Below are positions 1 to 10,130 of a stretch of DNA of 64,000 nt, in pieces (within the stretch, counting starts at the first letter, position 1; every line of letters begins with the position of its first letter). This DNA is from Verrucomicrobiaceae bacterium. GTDB taxonomy: Bacteria > Verrucomicrobiota > Verrucomicrobiia > Verrucomicrobiales > Verrucomicrobiaceae. The position numbers and the translations under genes were made by a program. The notes beneath the pieces were generated by a model. The model was not told the DNA's origin and searched no databases. It saw nothing but the letters and a program-made list of their open reading frames with translations. The stretch is from contig JAIXYN010000006.1 of NCBI GenBank assembly GCA_027490195.1, positions 6,930 through 70,929 of the forward strand. The letters are read 5' to 3'.

Positions 1-378
1 GCCGATCTGCCCCTGCGTCTGACGCCAGGAGACCAAGGCCGGTGCCCACTCATAGCCGGGCACCCAGAGCCAGGACTGCTGCATGCGGATCCAGCGCCCG
101 TAGTGGTAGGTCAGCCAGCCAAAGTCTTCGTTGGAGATCCACGTCCAACCAGCATCTGTGAAGGCCCAGCTGCCATCGGCATAGGGCGACCACCCGGGCT
201 GCTGCGAGGCGAGGGGCTGCCACACGTAGCCGTAGCCGTCCGTGTAAATCCAGTCACCGTAGGGACTGAGCGCATCGTAGAAGAAGTCGATGGAGACGGA
301 GTCATCCGCACGTGCCGGAGCCAGAGGTGCGGTCACCGCAAGCAGCGCGGCAAACAAGAGAAGAAGGGAATGTTTCAT
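1..378 (-). CDS. Secreted protein with DUF6600-like N-terminal domain (3' end runs off the left edge)
   Basis: Manual translation from ATG at 378: MKHSLLLLFAALLAVTAPLAPARADDSVSIDFFYDALSPYGDWIYTDGYGYVWQP...WTWISNEDFGWLTYHYGRW...WVPGYEWAPALVSWR. Signal peptide plus Trp/Tyr-rich DUF6600 pattern; not in the ORF track because it is truncated. Confidence 0.8.
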   Translation of the reverse strand, partial: MKHSLLLLFAALLAVTAPLAPARADDSVSIDFFYDALSPYGDWIYTDGYGYVWQPLASQQPGWSPYADGSWAFTDAGWTWISNEDFGWLTYHYGRWIRMQQSWLWVPGYEWAPALVSWRQTQGQIG

Positions 379-775
379 GGTGTGGCGGGGGTGTTTGAAT
401 CGAAGATTTTTAAAGAGGTGGTGGCAGCACCGGCATGTCGACCCACTCACACTCTCCAGCTCTGGGCTTGGGAGCAGCAGGCCCGTGGCTGTTTAGAATC
501 CCACTGGAGTTCTGGCTGGATGGGCGGTTTGGCAGGAGTTCATGCGTAACACGCTACGGTGCATGGAATCCGCTGCCATGGGGTATAACCCTGCCTGCGG
601 CATCAGGGCACGTGGAGGGAGAGGCGCATGTTTTCGCCATGCCGTGCTTGGGTGATAAAGACGCTGGCATCGTAACAACAAGTCAGCGTTCAATTGCCAT
701 GCATGCACGGCAAGCATGGCGCTCAGATAAGGGCGTTGATTTCGGAGGTCTGGGCACTATTCCGCGCGACAGCGT

Positions 776-1030
776 CTTGGAGTGCGGTGGCAGAGATGCA
801 AGGCGCGAGCCTGCATCGGCGACACCGCTTTCGCGAGGTGAAGAATGCTCTTCGGATTCAGCGCGTCGTCCTGGCTGCGAAAAGCGGCGTCGCGCCTAGG
901 CTTGCCGCACGCATTGATGCGCTTTGCTCACCCTTCGGGCAGCCTGCGGCTGTCTATCTCTGCTGCGCTCCGGTTCCAAGAGGCTGTCGCGTTCGCGTGA
1001 GCCTGTGCTGCGGCTGCAGAACTGCCCGCC
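776..1030. repeat. Intergenic REP-like palindromic elements
   Basis: GACACCGCTTTCGC (821-834) pairs imperfectly with GCGAAAAGCGGCGTC (877-891); internal hairpin GATGCA..TGCATC (795-817); a second GC-rich imperfect palindromic block at about 930-1030. Confidence 0.5.
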
Positions 1031-1031
1031 C

Positions 1032-2999
1032 TCACGGCTGGGCTTCCTGCCGGAGAACGATGGGGACGTAGCCTGCCTCCAGGCCTGCGGGTGGGTCCAC
1101 GCGCAGGGCGGCATCCAGCGTGGCGAGGGCGCCAGCGCTGGGTGGGGTCATGTAGTCGCCATTCACAGACCATTCGCCATGGAGGCGCTCGATCAATGAC
1201 TGCAGTTGATCTCGTTTCTCTTCCGGCCACTTGAGTGCAACGATGGAAGGCTGGTCGATGAAACGATACCAGGCATAGGTGACGATGGAGCCATCCGTGA
1301 GCGTGGCGGTGTACTGCCCGGCCTTGGGTCCGGGCTTTTTCCACAAGCCAGTGGCTTCTTCCGGAGAGGTGTAGGGAGTCCCTGCGGTGGCTGAGCGAAA
1401 GACCTGCCTGACCAAGTTGGTTTCCTTGGGAATCTGCGCGGGGGCGACGGCCATTCGCTTCTCCCCTTCCTGCCGGAAATACTCGGGGAGTGAGCCCCAC
1501 TCGCGGGCATTCTTCCACTTCAATCCAAAGGCCTTGCCACCGCCGGGGGTGTCCAAGATGACGGTGCGGGCGCGGTTCGCAAAGCCAGAGAGTTCGATGT
1601 TTTCCTCGCCTTCGCCTTGGTGAAAGGAGATGGGCTCCGCCCGCAGTTCCGGGTGAAACGCCGCCTTCGGATTGAAGCGCCACGCCACCTTGCGCTTGCC
1701 CTGCCGTGGGTTTTTCACCCGGTTGTAGAGTCCTTCGCCGGAGTACAAAGTGACATCCTGCATCAGCACGGTTTCGCCCTCGGCATTCACCGGAAACTGC
1801 AACCTGGGCACCTTGGTGTAGCGGGTGCCCTGGGCATCCTGGGCTTCGAAGAAGGGCACGGTGTTCACTTCCATGGCACCGCCGCCCATCTTGCCCTGCC
1901 GCGCGTCCAATCCGCGACCGTCGATCACGTGGTAGCGCTGCGAAAGGCGGCTCCACGTTTCGGGAATCCAGCAGGCCACGGGGCCTTTGAAATTGATGGC
2001 GTTGAGAAAGAGCGTCCAGTTTTGCTCGCCGGTGGGTGTGCCTGCACTGTTGCTAGGTTCTGTCAGCGGCAAGGCCATCCAGGCGTTTCCCAGCAGCTCG
2101 CCCGCGCTGCCCGCTTTGAAGGTGAGCCCGTCCGGCGGGATGAGCAGGCGATTGCTGAGCTGGGCGATGCCAAGCTTTTCGGGCTCGAGCGCTTGCGGCC
2201 TGCCGAATCCCCAACCAGGAGATGATATTTCGTGGGTGTACCCATTCGGTGTGCCGTTGATGCGATACTTGGAGGTGGCGGAGCCGAACTGCGTGCTGGC
2301 CCAGAAACCCAGCCCGCCTTCGATGGTCTGAAACACATCGCTGTAGGTCGGCCCGCGCTCGGGCCAGTTGTCGCGGGCGACGGTGCCCGGTGGGCAGAGC
2401 GCCTGCTTGAAGTCGGAATTATCAGGCGTGATCCACGTAGAGGGCAGGCCTACCTGAAACCCCTGGAGCGGCTTCTCAAGCAGCGGCCACGCGGCCACAT
2501 AAAAGCTGACGCCATAGCCGTAGCCTGCGGGCACCTCTCCCAGACTCATGGAGAGGTAGCCCTTTAGCCCGCCATATTTTTGCGGCAAGCGCACGCCGCC
2601 CCTTTTGCCCCCGAGGCGGTGAAATTCATCATCGCGAAAGGTAAAGCCGATGACCTTGCCATCTTCGATCTGCAGGAGGCTGTCCGTGCTGCCATCCCCG
2701 AAGTAGGGGTTGGTGTTGTCGCTGCGCAGCACACCGGCGGCGAGGTCGGGCAGCAGGTTCCAGGTGCTGCCCGCTTTGTTCACCCATTCCAGCGCATTGC
2801 CGTCCGAGTCGGGCTTGATGCGGATCTCCCCCTCATGCCAGGGGTTTTCCACGGGATCACGCCGGTACTGGCCAACGAGAGATTTCACCGTTTGGGCGCT
2901 GGCGGTGAGGCCGTCGAAGATCAGAAGCAAGACCACACAGAGGCAGCCCAAGTGGATTCTGCTCCGCACCACGGAGCCTGGTTGGATCTGCCGCGTCAT
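1032..2999 (-). CDS. Large exported hypothetical protein (about 655 aa)
   Basis: Long ORF with host-like codon usage and a hydrophobic N-terminus (LGCLCVVLLLIFDGLTASAQ); no family recognised. Confidence 0.75.
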   Translation of the reverse strand: MTRQIQPGSVVRSRIHLGCLCVVLLLIFDGLTASAQTVKSLVGQYRRDPVENPWHEGEIRIKPDSDGNALEWVNKAGSTWNLLPDLAAGVLRSDNTNPYFGDGSTDSLLQIEDGKVIGFTFRDDEFHRLGGKRGGVRLPQKYGGLKGYLSMSLGEVPAGYGYGVSFYVAAWPLLEKPLQGFQVGLPSTWITPDNSDFKQALCPPGTVARDNWPERGPTYSDVFQTIEGGLGFWASTQFGSATSKYRINGTPNGYTHEISSPGWGFGRPQALEPEKLGIAQLSNRLLIPPDGLTFKAGSAGELLGNAWMALPLTEPSNSAGTPTGEQNWTLFLNAINFKGPVACWIPETWSRLSQRYHVIDGRGLDARQGKMGGGAMEVNTVPFFEAQDAQGTRYTKVPRLQFPVNAEGETVLMQDVTLYSGEGLYNRVKNPRQGKRKVAWRFNPKAAFHPELRAEPISFHQGEGEENIELSGFANRARTVILDTPGGGKAFGLKWKNAREWGSLPEYFRQEGEKRMAVAPAQIPKETNLVRQVFRSATAGTPYTSPEEATGLWKKPGPKAGQYTATLTDGSIVTYAWYRFIDQPSIVALKWPEEKRDQLQSLIERLHGEWSVNGDYMTPPSAGALATLDAALRVDPPAGLEAGYVPIVLRQEAQP

Positions 3000-3235
3000 C
3001 ATATGGGGCGGAGATTGTCAGGATAACAACCTAGAAGCAAGACTGAAAAACGCGGACCGATACCAAGGGCACTTTCGGAGATCTGCTGCGGCAGCATGAG
3101 GTGCAGGCGGCAGGCTCCCCAAAATCCTCCTCTGCCTGTGACTCCTCCTCTTCCTCCCGGGAAGGCACCATGGACGCAGCGGCCGCTTCCATCACCGAAA
3201 CCCGCAGCGCCTAATTTACCAATTTCTACCACACC

Positions 3236-3453
3236 ATGCAATCCAATACTAGGCGTGCCAGCGCCTAGACCAGCTCCGCGTGCGCGACAATCCGCTGACC
3301 ACCCTGCCTGCGGGCTTTGCCGCGATGCCGAGTACCATCGAAATCACCGGCAAGAAGATCCGTCAAGAGTATCTGCCGCAGGAACTGCGCGGCCACATGA
3401 GCACTGAGAAGCCGCCCGTGAAACCGAAGGTGATCGTGAAGCCCGTGAAGTGA
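3236..3453 (+). pseudogene. Probable leucine-rich-repeat gene remnant
   Basis: Frame 3253-3453 reads ACQRLDQLRVRDNPLTTLPAGFAAMPSTIEITG... (LxxLxVxxNxLxxLP pattern) with no in-frame start; the ATG at 3236 (ACACCATG context) is in another frame and stops after 10 codons. Confidence 0.45.
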
Positions 3454-3473
3454 CTGCGCGTCGCGGCATTCGC

Positions 3474-3888
3474 TCAACGCTTCGCCCTCGGCGCTGGATC
3501 AGCACCGGATGTCGCGACTGGAAAAGAGACCGGGTAAAGTGGAGTCTTGGGGCAAAGATCTCCCGTGGGGAGGATCTCGGGAGCTGGCTCTGGAAGGCTG
3601 TCGACCTGGTTCAAGCGAGTATTCAGCATCCTTCTACTTCTCGGTTTGCCAAAAAGCGGATAATCAACGAGCGGATAATACCTCGCGTTGAAAGCCTTGT
3701 ATGCAGCCGACACCGGGTCGATAGCCACCACCTGCACCGGCTGCCGCATCTGCGCGCTGAGTACCGCAAAGCAGGCGATCAAGCCACCGCAGAGGCACAG
3801 GATGAGGCCGATGCAGAAAACGAGGCCCCTGCCGAACCCTGCGCCAGAAACCGACAGCATCGCTGTGAGGCGGTATGAGGCACCCATG
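3474..3888 (-). CDS. Hypothetical single-pass membrane protein (start uncertain)
   Basis: Part of ORF 3474-4160; hydrophobic segment GLVFCIGLILCLCGGLIACFAVL followed by a Pro-rich tail. Start coordinate is approximate. Confidence 0.5.
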
Positions 3889-4354
3889 GATGGAAGGCGA
3901 ATGCTGCAGGCCATGCCACGCTTATACGGGATCAGCGGAAGGGCTGTCAAGATTTCGCAGGGGAGGCTGTTGTTCCGAGGGGATTGACCTGGAAAACTCA
4001 TCCGCCTTCGTTTTGTCTCCCGGAGGGAGAAGAGTGATTTGCCGGTGGTGGAGCGAAACAGCGCAGCGGTGCAGCGGGAACTACCGGAGTTGGCGCACGA
4101 AACACCTGGTTCCAGAGCCGCATGCCGAAGGTATTCGAGAAGCCTTCCACCAACCAGCATCCACGAGGAGTCTGCGCACGGCTATCGCATACCTCTGGCA
4201 TGCGGCCTTGATCCAAAATGCGTGGTTGGCATGATCCGGTGGTTCTCGCTCGGCAGGCCTCGCTTCATCACCGGCTATTTTCCATGCTCCCTCCGGGAGC
4301 CCATGCAAGGCCCCATAAAAGCGGGAACGCATCATCATCCCAGCAAAGCATCAA

Positions 4355-4762
4355 CTACTTCCCCGCTTTGCCTTCGGCTTCCACATCCTTCTTCTCTTCC
4401 TCACCTTCCACAGGAAGATCCGGCAGCGGCGGGGGGAGATTGTCGATGATGTTCAGCAGCGGCACGCCACGCTCGACGGATTTGTCGAGGCGGAAGAAGA
4501 TCTGGGGGCTGCTGCGCAGTTTAACGCGCTTGTAGAGATCCCGCTGGATGAACCCACGAGCCTTGACGAGCTTGGCCAGGGCGGCGTCCTGCTGGTGTGG
4601 CTTGCCGATGACACCCACATAAACAAAGCACTGCCGCATGTCCGGTGTGGGGCTGACGTCGTGAATGGTCACGAGACAGTCTTCGTTGCGGAAATCCTTC
4701 TCGAGGATGGTGCTGAGCTCACGACGAATGAGCTCGCGTACTTTATCGACTCGGAGGGACAT
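4355..4762 (-). CDS. rbfA: Ribosome-binding factor A
   Basis: MSLRVDKVRELIRRELS...VSPTPDMRQCFVYV...VKLRSSPQIFFRLDKSVERG; directly downstream of infB. Confidence 0.95.
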   Translation of the reverse strand: MSLRVDKVRELIRRELSTILEKDFRNEDCLVTIHDVSPTPDMRQCFVYVGVIGKPHQQDAALAKLVKARGFIQRDLYKRVKLRSSPQIFFRLDKSVERGVPLLNIIDNLPPPLPDLPVEGEEEKKDVEAEGKAGK

Positions 4763-4772
4763 ACAGTAGTTT

Positions 4773-4848
4773 AAAGTTTCAGGTTTAATGTTTCAAGTTA
4801 CGAGCCAGGTGCTTCGCGATGAACTTGAAACTTTAAACCTTGGACTTG
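4773..4848. repeat. AT-rich inverted repeat built from about 7-bp units between infB and rbfA
   Basis: Left arm AAAGTTTCAGGTTTAATGTTTCAAGTT (4773-4799) is complementary, with a few mismatches, to AACTTGAAACTTTAAACCTTGGACTTG (4822-4848); 22-nt loop. Confidence 0.75.
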
Positions 4849-4861
4849 TAACTTGGTTTGA

Positions 4862-7105
4862 TCAGAGAGTTTGGGCGATTTTTTCGAGTTCGTAGCACTC
4901 GATGACGTCGTTTTCTTCGTAGTCGCTGAAGCCGGAGAGCTTGATACCGCACTCCATGCCGTTGCGCACTTCGTTGACTTCGTCCTGGAAGCGGCGCAGC
5001 GTTTCAAAGCCGCCGTCATACACAGCCTGGCCGTCACGCAGCACGCGGGCGCGCTGCTTGCGGTTCATGACACCATCGGTGACGACGGAGCCGCCGACGA
5101 AGCCCTTGTTGACTTTGAAGACCTGCTTCACGCGGGCATGGCCGATGACCTTTTCGCGGGTGATCGGATCGAGCAATCCGGCCATGGCTTCCTTCACCTG
5201 ATCGATGAGTTCGTAGATGATGGAGTAGAGCTTCACCTGCACCGTCTCGCGCTTGGAAACGACGAGGGCCTTGTTCTCCACCTTGACGTTGAAGCCGATG
5301 ATGATGGCGTCCGAGGCGCTGGCCAGCAGGACGTCGGACTCGTTGATGGCGCCGACTTCCTTGTGCAGGATGTCGAGGTTGCACTTGTCGCTCTTGATGT
5401 CGGTGAGGCACTTGGCCACCGCTTCCACAGAGCCCTGCACGTCGCACTTGAGGACGACCTTGAGGGCCTTCTTGTTGCTGTCCTCGATGCTGGCAAAGAG
5501 GTGCTCCAAAGTGGAGCGGCGCGGCACGTTGAGCTTCTTTTGACGGATCTCTTCGAGGCGCTCCTCGCTGAGCTTCTTCACGTCGCGCTCGCTGTTCATG
5601 ACGACGACTTCGTCGCCCACATGCGGCATGTCGCTGAAGCCGATGACTTCGCAGGGCATGCCCGGAAGAACAGCTTTGATGGACTCGCCGCGGTCGTTGA
5701 TGATCGCCTTGACCTTGCCCCAGAGCGGGCCGCAGATGAAGGGCTGGCCGACTTTGAGCGTGCCCTGGCCGATGATTACGGTGGCCACGGGTCCTTTGCC
5801 GGCCACCATGGAAGATTCGATGACCGTCGCACGAGGAGAGGCCTTGGGGTCTGCCTTGAGTTCCAGCACTTCGGCCTGGAGGGACATGGTTTCGAGGAGG
5901 TTTTCGAGTCCGAGACCAGTTTTGGCCGAGACTTCCATGACTTCGATCTCACCACCCCAGTCAACTGGCGCAAGGCCGATGTCCTGCAACTGGCTTTTAA
6001 CGCGCAGGATGTTGGCTCCGGGAAGGTCACACTTGTTCAGCGCCACCATGAGCTGCACTTTAGCGGCCTTGGCATGACTGAGAGCTTCCTTGGTCTGCGG
6101 CATGATGCCGTCGTCCGCTGCGATGACGAGGACGACGATGTCCGTGACATTGGCACCACGGGCGCGCATGGCCGAGAAGGCGGCATGGCCGGGTGTGTCG
6201 ATGAATGTGATGGGCTTGCCGTTGTGCCAGATGCAGTAAGCACCGATGTGCTGCGTGATGCCACCCGCTTCTCCCGCAGTGACTTCCGTCTTGCGCAGGG
6301 CGTCCAGCAGCGAGGTTTTGCCATGGTCAACGTGACCCATGAAAGTGATGATCGGGGCGCGGAGTTCCAGCTTCTCCTCCTCCACCTCTTCAACGACCTG
6401 GGCGACAGGTTCAACGATGACTTCCTCCACCTTGTGGACGCCGCCGCCTTTTTCACGCTTGTCGCGCTCCAGCTTGAAGCCGTGCTTCTCGCAGATTTTT
6501 TCGGCAATCTCAATGTCGATGGCCTTGTCAGCGCTGGCGAAGACCTTGAACGCGATGAGTTCAGAAATGATCTTGAAGGGCTTCAGGCCCATCTTGTCCG
6601 CCAGATCCTTGACCACGAAAGGTGGCTTCAGGTGGATGATTTTTTCACCGCTTTCACCGAGTTCAAATTCAGGCACCACGACCTCGGCAGGAGGGAGGTG
6701 CACGATCGGGACGATCGGCTTCGGCGGGGTGGGGTCATTCAGCAGAGAAATGGGCGGCAGCGCATTCTGCTGGGCGTTTTCATCCACCGGACGTCGACGC
6801 ACCTTTGGCTTTTCGTCATCCTCAAAGAGGTTCAGCGCGGCAGCCTTGCGCTCATCCAGCGTCGGCTTGGGGGGCACCACAGGCTGTGGCTCCGGCACTG
6901 GCACGACTACTTTTTTGGCCCCTAAAGGCGGCAGCGAGTGGTCTTTAACCGGCCCTCTGGTCCGGGGCTTCTTTCCCTCAATCAACGACAGCACCTCACC
7001 TTTGACTTCTTTTTTGGGCTTGGCGCTTTCGACAGGCACAGCGTCCTCAACGACCTCGTCGGTGGGGGACTTGCTCTTTTTGGCGGATGAGGGTTTGCTG
7101 GGCAT
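4862..7105 (-). CDS. infB: Translation initiation factor IF-2
   Basis: G-domain motifs [24 protein letters not shown]; IF2 C-terminal domains (GMECGI). Confidence 0.98.
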   Translation of the reverse strand: MPSKPSSAKKSKSPTDEVVEDAVPVESAKPKKEVKGEVLSLIEGKKPRTRGPVKDHSLPPLGAKKVVVPVPEPQPVVPPKPTLDERKAAALNLFEDDEKPKVRRRPVDENAQQNALPPISLLNDPTPPKPIVPIVHLPPAEVVVPEFELGESGEKIIHLKPPFVVKDLADKMGLKPFKIISELIAFKVFASADKAIDIEIAEKICEKHGFKLERDKREKGGGVHKVEEVIVEPVAQVVEEVEEEKLELRAPIITFMGHVDHGKTSLLDALRKTEVTAGEAGGITQHIGAYCIWHNGKPITFIDTPGHAAFSAMRARGANVTDIVVLVIAADDGIMPQTKEALSHAKAAKVQLMVALNKCDLPGANILRVKSQLQDIGLAPVDWGGEIEVMEVSAKTGLGLENLLETMSLQAEVLELKADPKASPRATVIESSMVAGKGPVATVIIGQGTLKVGQPFICGPLWGKVKAIINDRGESIKAVLPGMPCEVIGFSDMPHVGDEVVVMNSERDVKKLSEERLEEIRQKKLNVPRRSTLEHLFASIEDSNKKALKVVLKCDVQGSVEAVAKCLTDIKSDKCNLDILHKEVGAINESDVLLASASDAIIIGFNVKVENKALVVSKRETVQVKLYSIIYELIDQVKEAMAGLLDPITREKVIGHARVKQVFKVNKGFVGGSVVTDGVMNRKQRARVLRDGQAVYDGGFETLRRFQDEVNEVRNGMECGIKLSGFSDYEENDVIECYELEKIAQTL

Positions 7106-7194
7106 GAGAAATTGAGATCGGGCGAGCGGCGTGGGAGGCTGGCTGGTCGTGAGTTGGGGGTTGGTTTGAAGTCGTTGTCATAGCGGCACAGGGG

Positions 7195-8460
7195 CTACTC
7201 CTTGGAAGGAGATGAAGCATGTGCTGCGGCTTTATCGAAAATCTGCTGGGCCAAGGCCTCGTTACCATCCAGCACCTCGGCGATGTCAGAGACATCGACT
7301 CCGGTGGCCAGTGTCTTGAGATCACCCATGCCGCCTTGGGTCAGCTGGCGGGCCACTTCTTCAGTGATGCCGAGAGCGTCCACGAGGTGATGCACCGCGC
7401 TGCCCATCTGGCCTTCGAAGACTTCGGCTGCGTGTTCATCCTTCTCGATGACGAGGTCCATGCCCACGAGGCGTGAAGTCAGGCGTGCATTCTGACCGCG
7501 ACGGCCGATGGCCTTCGAGAGGTCTTCGTCGCTGACGGTGAGGCGCGCTTCCTTCTTGTCCACGTTGACCGAGATGGAAATGACCTTGATCGGCTTGAGG
7601 GCTTCACGAACGAACTCAGCGGGATCCGACTTCCAGCGGATGATGTCCACTTTCTCGTTGTTCAGCTCGCGGACGATGTTCTTCACACGCGCGCCCCGCA
7701 GACCGACGCAGGCACCCACGGGGTCCACCTTTTCATCGGCGCTGTGCACGGCCACCTTGGTGCGGTATCCGGCCTCACGGGCGATACTGGCGATCTCCAC
7801 GGTGCGATCACCGATTTCGCTGACTTCAAATTCAAACAGACGGCGCACGAAATTCGGATGCGCACGGGAGAGGATGATTTCAGGGCCACGGCCGCTGTCT
7901 TTTTCCACCGCCTTGACGTAGAAGCGCATGCGGTCACCCGGGGTGTAGTCCTCGGTGGACACACGTTCCTTGGAGGTCATGACGCCTTCGAACTTGCCGA
8001 GGTCCACGACCACGTCGGATTTTTCAAAGCGACGCACCACGCCGCTGACGACGTCACCTGTGCGGTCCTTGAATTCCTCATAGAGGTTTTCTTTCTCCGC
8101 CATGCGGAGGCGCTGCAGCATTGTCTGCTTGGCAGTCTGCGCGGCGATGCGGCCCATGTTGTTGGGCGTGACTTCGACTTCGATCTCGTCACCCAGCACG
8201 GCGCTCTTCTTGAAGCGCTTGGCCGTTTCGAGCTGAAGCTCCTCCCAGCGGTTGGCCACAGTCTCCACCGCGATCAGTTTGGCGAAGGCCTTGATGGTTC
8301 CTTTGTCAGGATCAATGTCGATGCGCAGTTCCCGTGCGGGACCGATGCTTTTTTTGGAGGCGGCGAGCAATGCCTGTGACAGGGCCTCGACCATTTTGGT
8401 TCGGTCGATTCCTTTCTCTTTCTCGTAATAGTCGAAGAGGGCTTTGAGTTCGCTGATCAT
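7195..8460 (-). CDS. nusA: Transcription termination/antitermination factor NusA
   Basis: GRIAAQTAKQ, S1 and KH motifs (AREAGYRTKVAV, DPVGACVGLRGARV, AIGRRGQNARL); upstream of infB. Confidence 0.98.
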   Translation of the reverse strand: MISELKALFDYYEKEKGIDRTKMVEALSQALLAASKKSIGPARELRIDIDPDKGTIKAFAKLIAVETVANRWEELQLETAKRFKKSAVLGDEIEVEVTPNNMGRIAAQTAKQTMLQRLRMAEKENLYEEFKDRTGDVVSGVVRRFEKSDVVVDLGKFEGVMTSKERVSTEDYTPGDRMRFYVKAVEKDSGRGPEIILSRAHPNFVRRLFEFEVSEIGDRTVEIASIAREAGYRTKVAVHSADEKVDPVGACVGLRGARVKNIVRELNNEKVDIIRWKSDPAEFVREALKPIKVISISVNVDKKEARLTVSDEDLSKAIGRRGQNARLTSRLVGMDLVIEKDEHAAEVFEGQMGSAVHHLVDALGITEEVARQLTQGGMGDLKTLATGVDVSDIAEVLDGNEALAQQIFDKAAAHASSPSKE

Positions 8461-8484
8461 ATGAAATTCGTGTTTTCACCAGAC

Positions 8485-8510
8485 AAAAAAGAGCGGGGAA
8501 GACCCCACTC
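8485..8510 (-). terminator. Intrinsic terminator-like hairpin in the nusA leader
   Basis: Minus strand reads GAGTGGGG-TCTT-CCCCGCTC-TTTTTT and ends 25 nt before the nusA start. Confidence 0.7.
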
Positions 8511-8670
8511 TCGCCGTGAAAACGCTAATTCTGTCCGGGAAGGACGCGGATCATAAAGGAGGGCTAGGAATCAGCAAGCAGAAAAATTGTGTGGAAGTGC
8601 GCAGTTTTCTCAGGCGTTTTCATGAGGGCCAGTTTATTCCCATTTCCTTCAAGCCCAATCCCTTTCAAAC

Positions 8671-10095
8671 ATGCGCCTCCTGTTCTCTGCCCTCCTGGCC
8701 CTGATTCTCGCCCCACAAGGGGCCACGTCGGCATCTCCCCCTCCCAACATCGTTGTTATTTTTATGGATGATATGGGTTATGCTGATGTCGGTTGCTTCG
8801 GAGCGCAGGGTTATAACACCCCCAGCATCGACAAGCTGGCCGCCGAGGGCCGCAAGTTCACCAACTTCCACGTCGCCCAGCCCGTGTGCAGCGCCTCCCG
8901 CACCGCCCTGCTCACCGGCTGCTACCCGAACCGCCTGGGCATCCACGGTGCCCTCGGGCCAGGTGCCAAGCACGGCATCAATGCCGATGAAACGACCCTG
9001 GCCGAACTGGTCAAACAAAAAGGCTACGCCACCGCCGCCGTGGGCAAATGGCACCTGGGTTCCCTGCCCCAGTTTCTTCCCACCCAGCACGGCTTCGACC
9101 AATACTACGGCCTTCCTTATTCGAATGACATGTGGCCCTTCCATCCGCAGGCCAAAAAGGCTTTTCCCAAGCTGCCCATGGTCGAAAACGACCAGGTCGT
9201 GGATGCCGATGTCACGCCCGAGGATCAAACCCACCTCACCACGGACTACACCACCCGTGGCGTGCAGTTCATTGAGAAAAACAAGAACAAGCCATTCTTC
9301 CTCTACCTCGCGCACAGCATGGTTCACGTGCCCCTGTTTGTGAGCGACAAGTTCAAGGGCAAATCCGGCAAAGGCTTGTTTGGAGATGTCATGATGGAGG
9401 TGGACTGGTCCGTCGGCCAGATCGTGGACACGCTGAAGAAAAACGGCCTCGAAGACAACACCTGGATCATCCTCACTTCCGACAACGGCCCCTGGCTCAG
9501 CTACGGCGACAACGCCGGCAGCGCAGGCCCTCTGCGCGAAGGCAAAGGCACCTGCTGGGAGGGCGGCACGCGCGTGACGGGCATCATGAAATGGCCCGGC
9601 AAAATCCCCGCCGGCACCACCACGAACACGATGATGATGACCATCGATCTCCTGCCCACCATCGCCCACGTCATCGACGCGAAACTGCCTGATCACAAGA
9701 TCGACGGCCTCAACTGCTGGCCCATCGTCTCAGGCGAACCCGAGGCCAAAAACCCTCACGATTTCTACGCCTTCTACTACGAGCAAAATCAGCTCCAGGC
9801 CATCAGCAGCGGAGACGGCCGCTGGAAACTCCAGCTCCCCCACACCTACCGCAGCCTGCCCACGGACATCCCCCAGGCCACCGGCGGCAAACCGGTCAAC
9901 TACAAGACGGTGAAGATCACCGAGCCCGAGCTCTATGACCTCTACGGCGACCTCAGCGAATCCAAAAACATCGCCGCCCAAAACCCGGCCGAAGTGGCCC
10001 GGCTGCAAAAGCACGCCGAAACCATCCGTGCCGAACTCGGAGACAGTCTCATGAAGCTGCCCAGAGGCAGCGGCACGCGGGAAGCAGGAAAGTAG
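8671..10095 (+). CDS. Arylsulfatase (formylglycine-dependent sulfatase family), exported
   Basis: Signal peptide, PNIVVIFMDDMGY, CSASR (CxxxR) + TALLTG, GKWHLG, SDNG. Confidence 0.93.
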   Translation: MRLLFSALLALILAPQGATSASPPPNIVVIFMDDMGYADVGCFGAQGYNTPSIDKLAAEGRKFTNFHVAQPVCSASRTALLTGCYPNRLGIHGALGPGAKHGINADETTLAELVKQKGYATAAVGKWHLGSLPQFLPTQHGFDQYYGLPYSNDMWPFHPQAKKAFPKLPMVENDQVVDADVTPEDQTHLTTDYTTRGVQFIEKNKNKPFFLYLAHSMVHVPLFVSDKFKGKSGKGLFGDVMMEVDWSVGQIVDTLKKNGLEDNTWIILTSDNGPWLSYGDNAGSAGPLREGKGTCWEGGTRVTGIMKWPGKIPAGTTTNTMMMTIDLLPTIAHVIDAKLPDHKIDGLNCWPIVSGEPEAKNPHDFYAFYYEQNQLQAISSGDGRWKLQLPHTYRSLPTDIPQATGGKPVNYKTVKITEPELYDLYGDLSESKNIAAQNPAEVARLQKHAETIRAELGDSLMKLPRGSGTREAGK

Positions 10096-10105
10096 CGGAG
10101 ACGCT

Positions 10106-10130
10106 GGTTCGAACCCTACATCGCGCACCA
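10106..10130 (+). other. Degenerate tRNA 3'-end fragment (att-like remnant)
   Basis: GGTTCGAACCCTACATCGCGCACCA has a T-loop, a 3' acceptor strand and CCA, but no 5' half (no D or anticodon arm) upstream. Confidence 0.55.

Noticed and set aside
3990-4350. Short ORFs between rbfA and the membrane gene (4039-4449 plus, 4081-4338 minus, 3998-4216 minus)
   Set aside because: No recognisable motif or convincing start; I cannot choose among them, so none is called.
4871-6925. 684-aa plus-strand ORF antisense to infB (similar shadows at 20769-23000, 36539-38050, 40247-41101, 61007-62002)
   Set aside because: They mirror strongly conserved genes codon for codon; in high-GC genomes TTA, CTA and TCA are rare, so antisense frames stay open. 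No motifs of their own.
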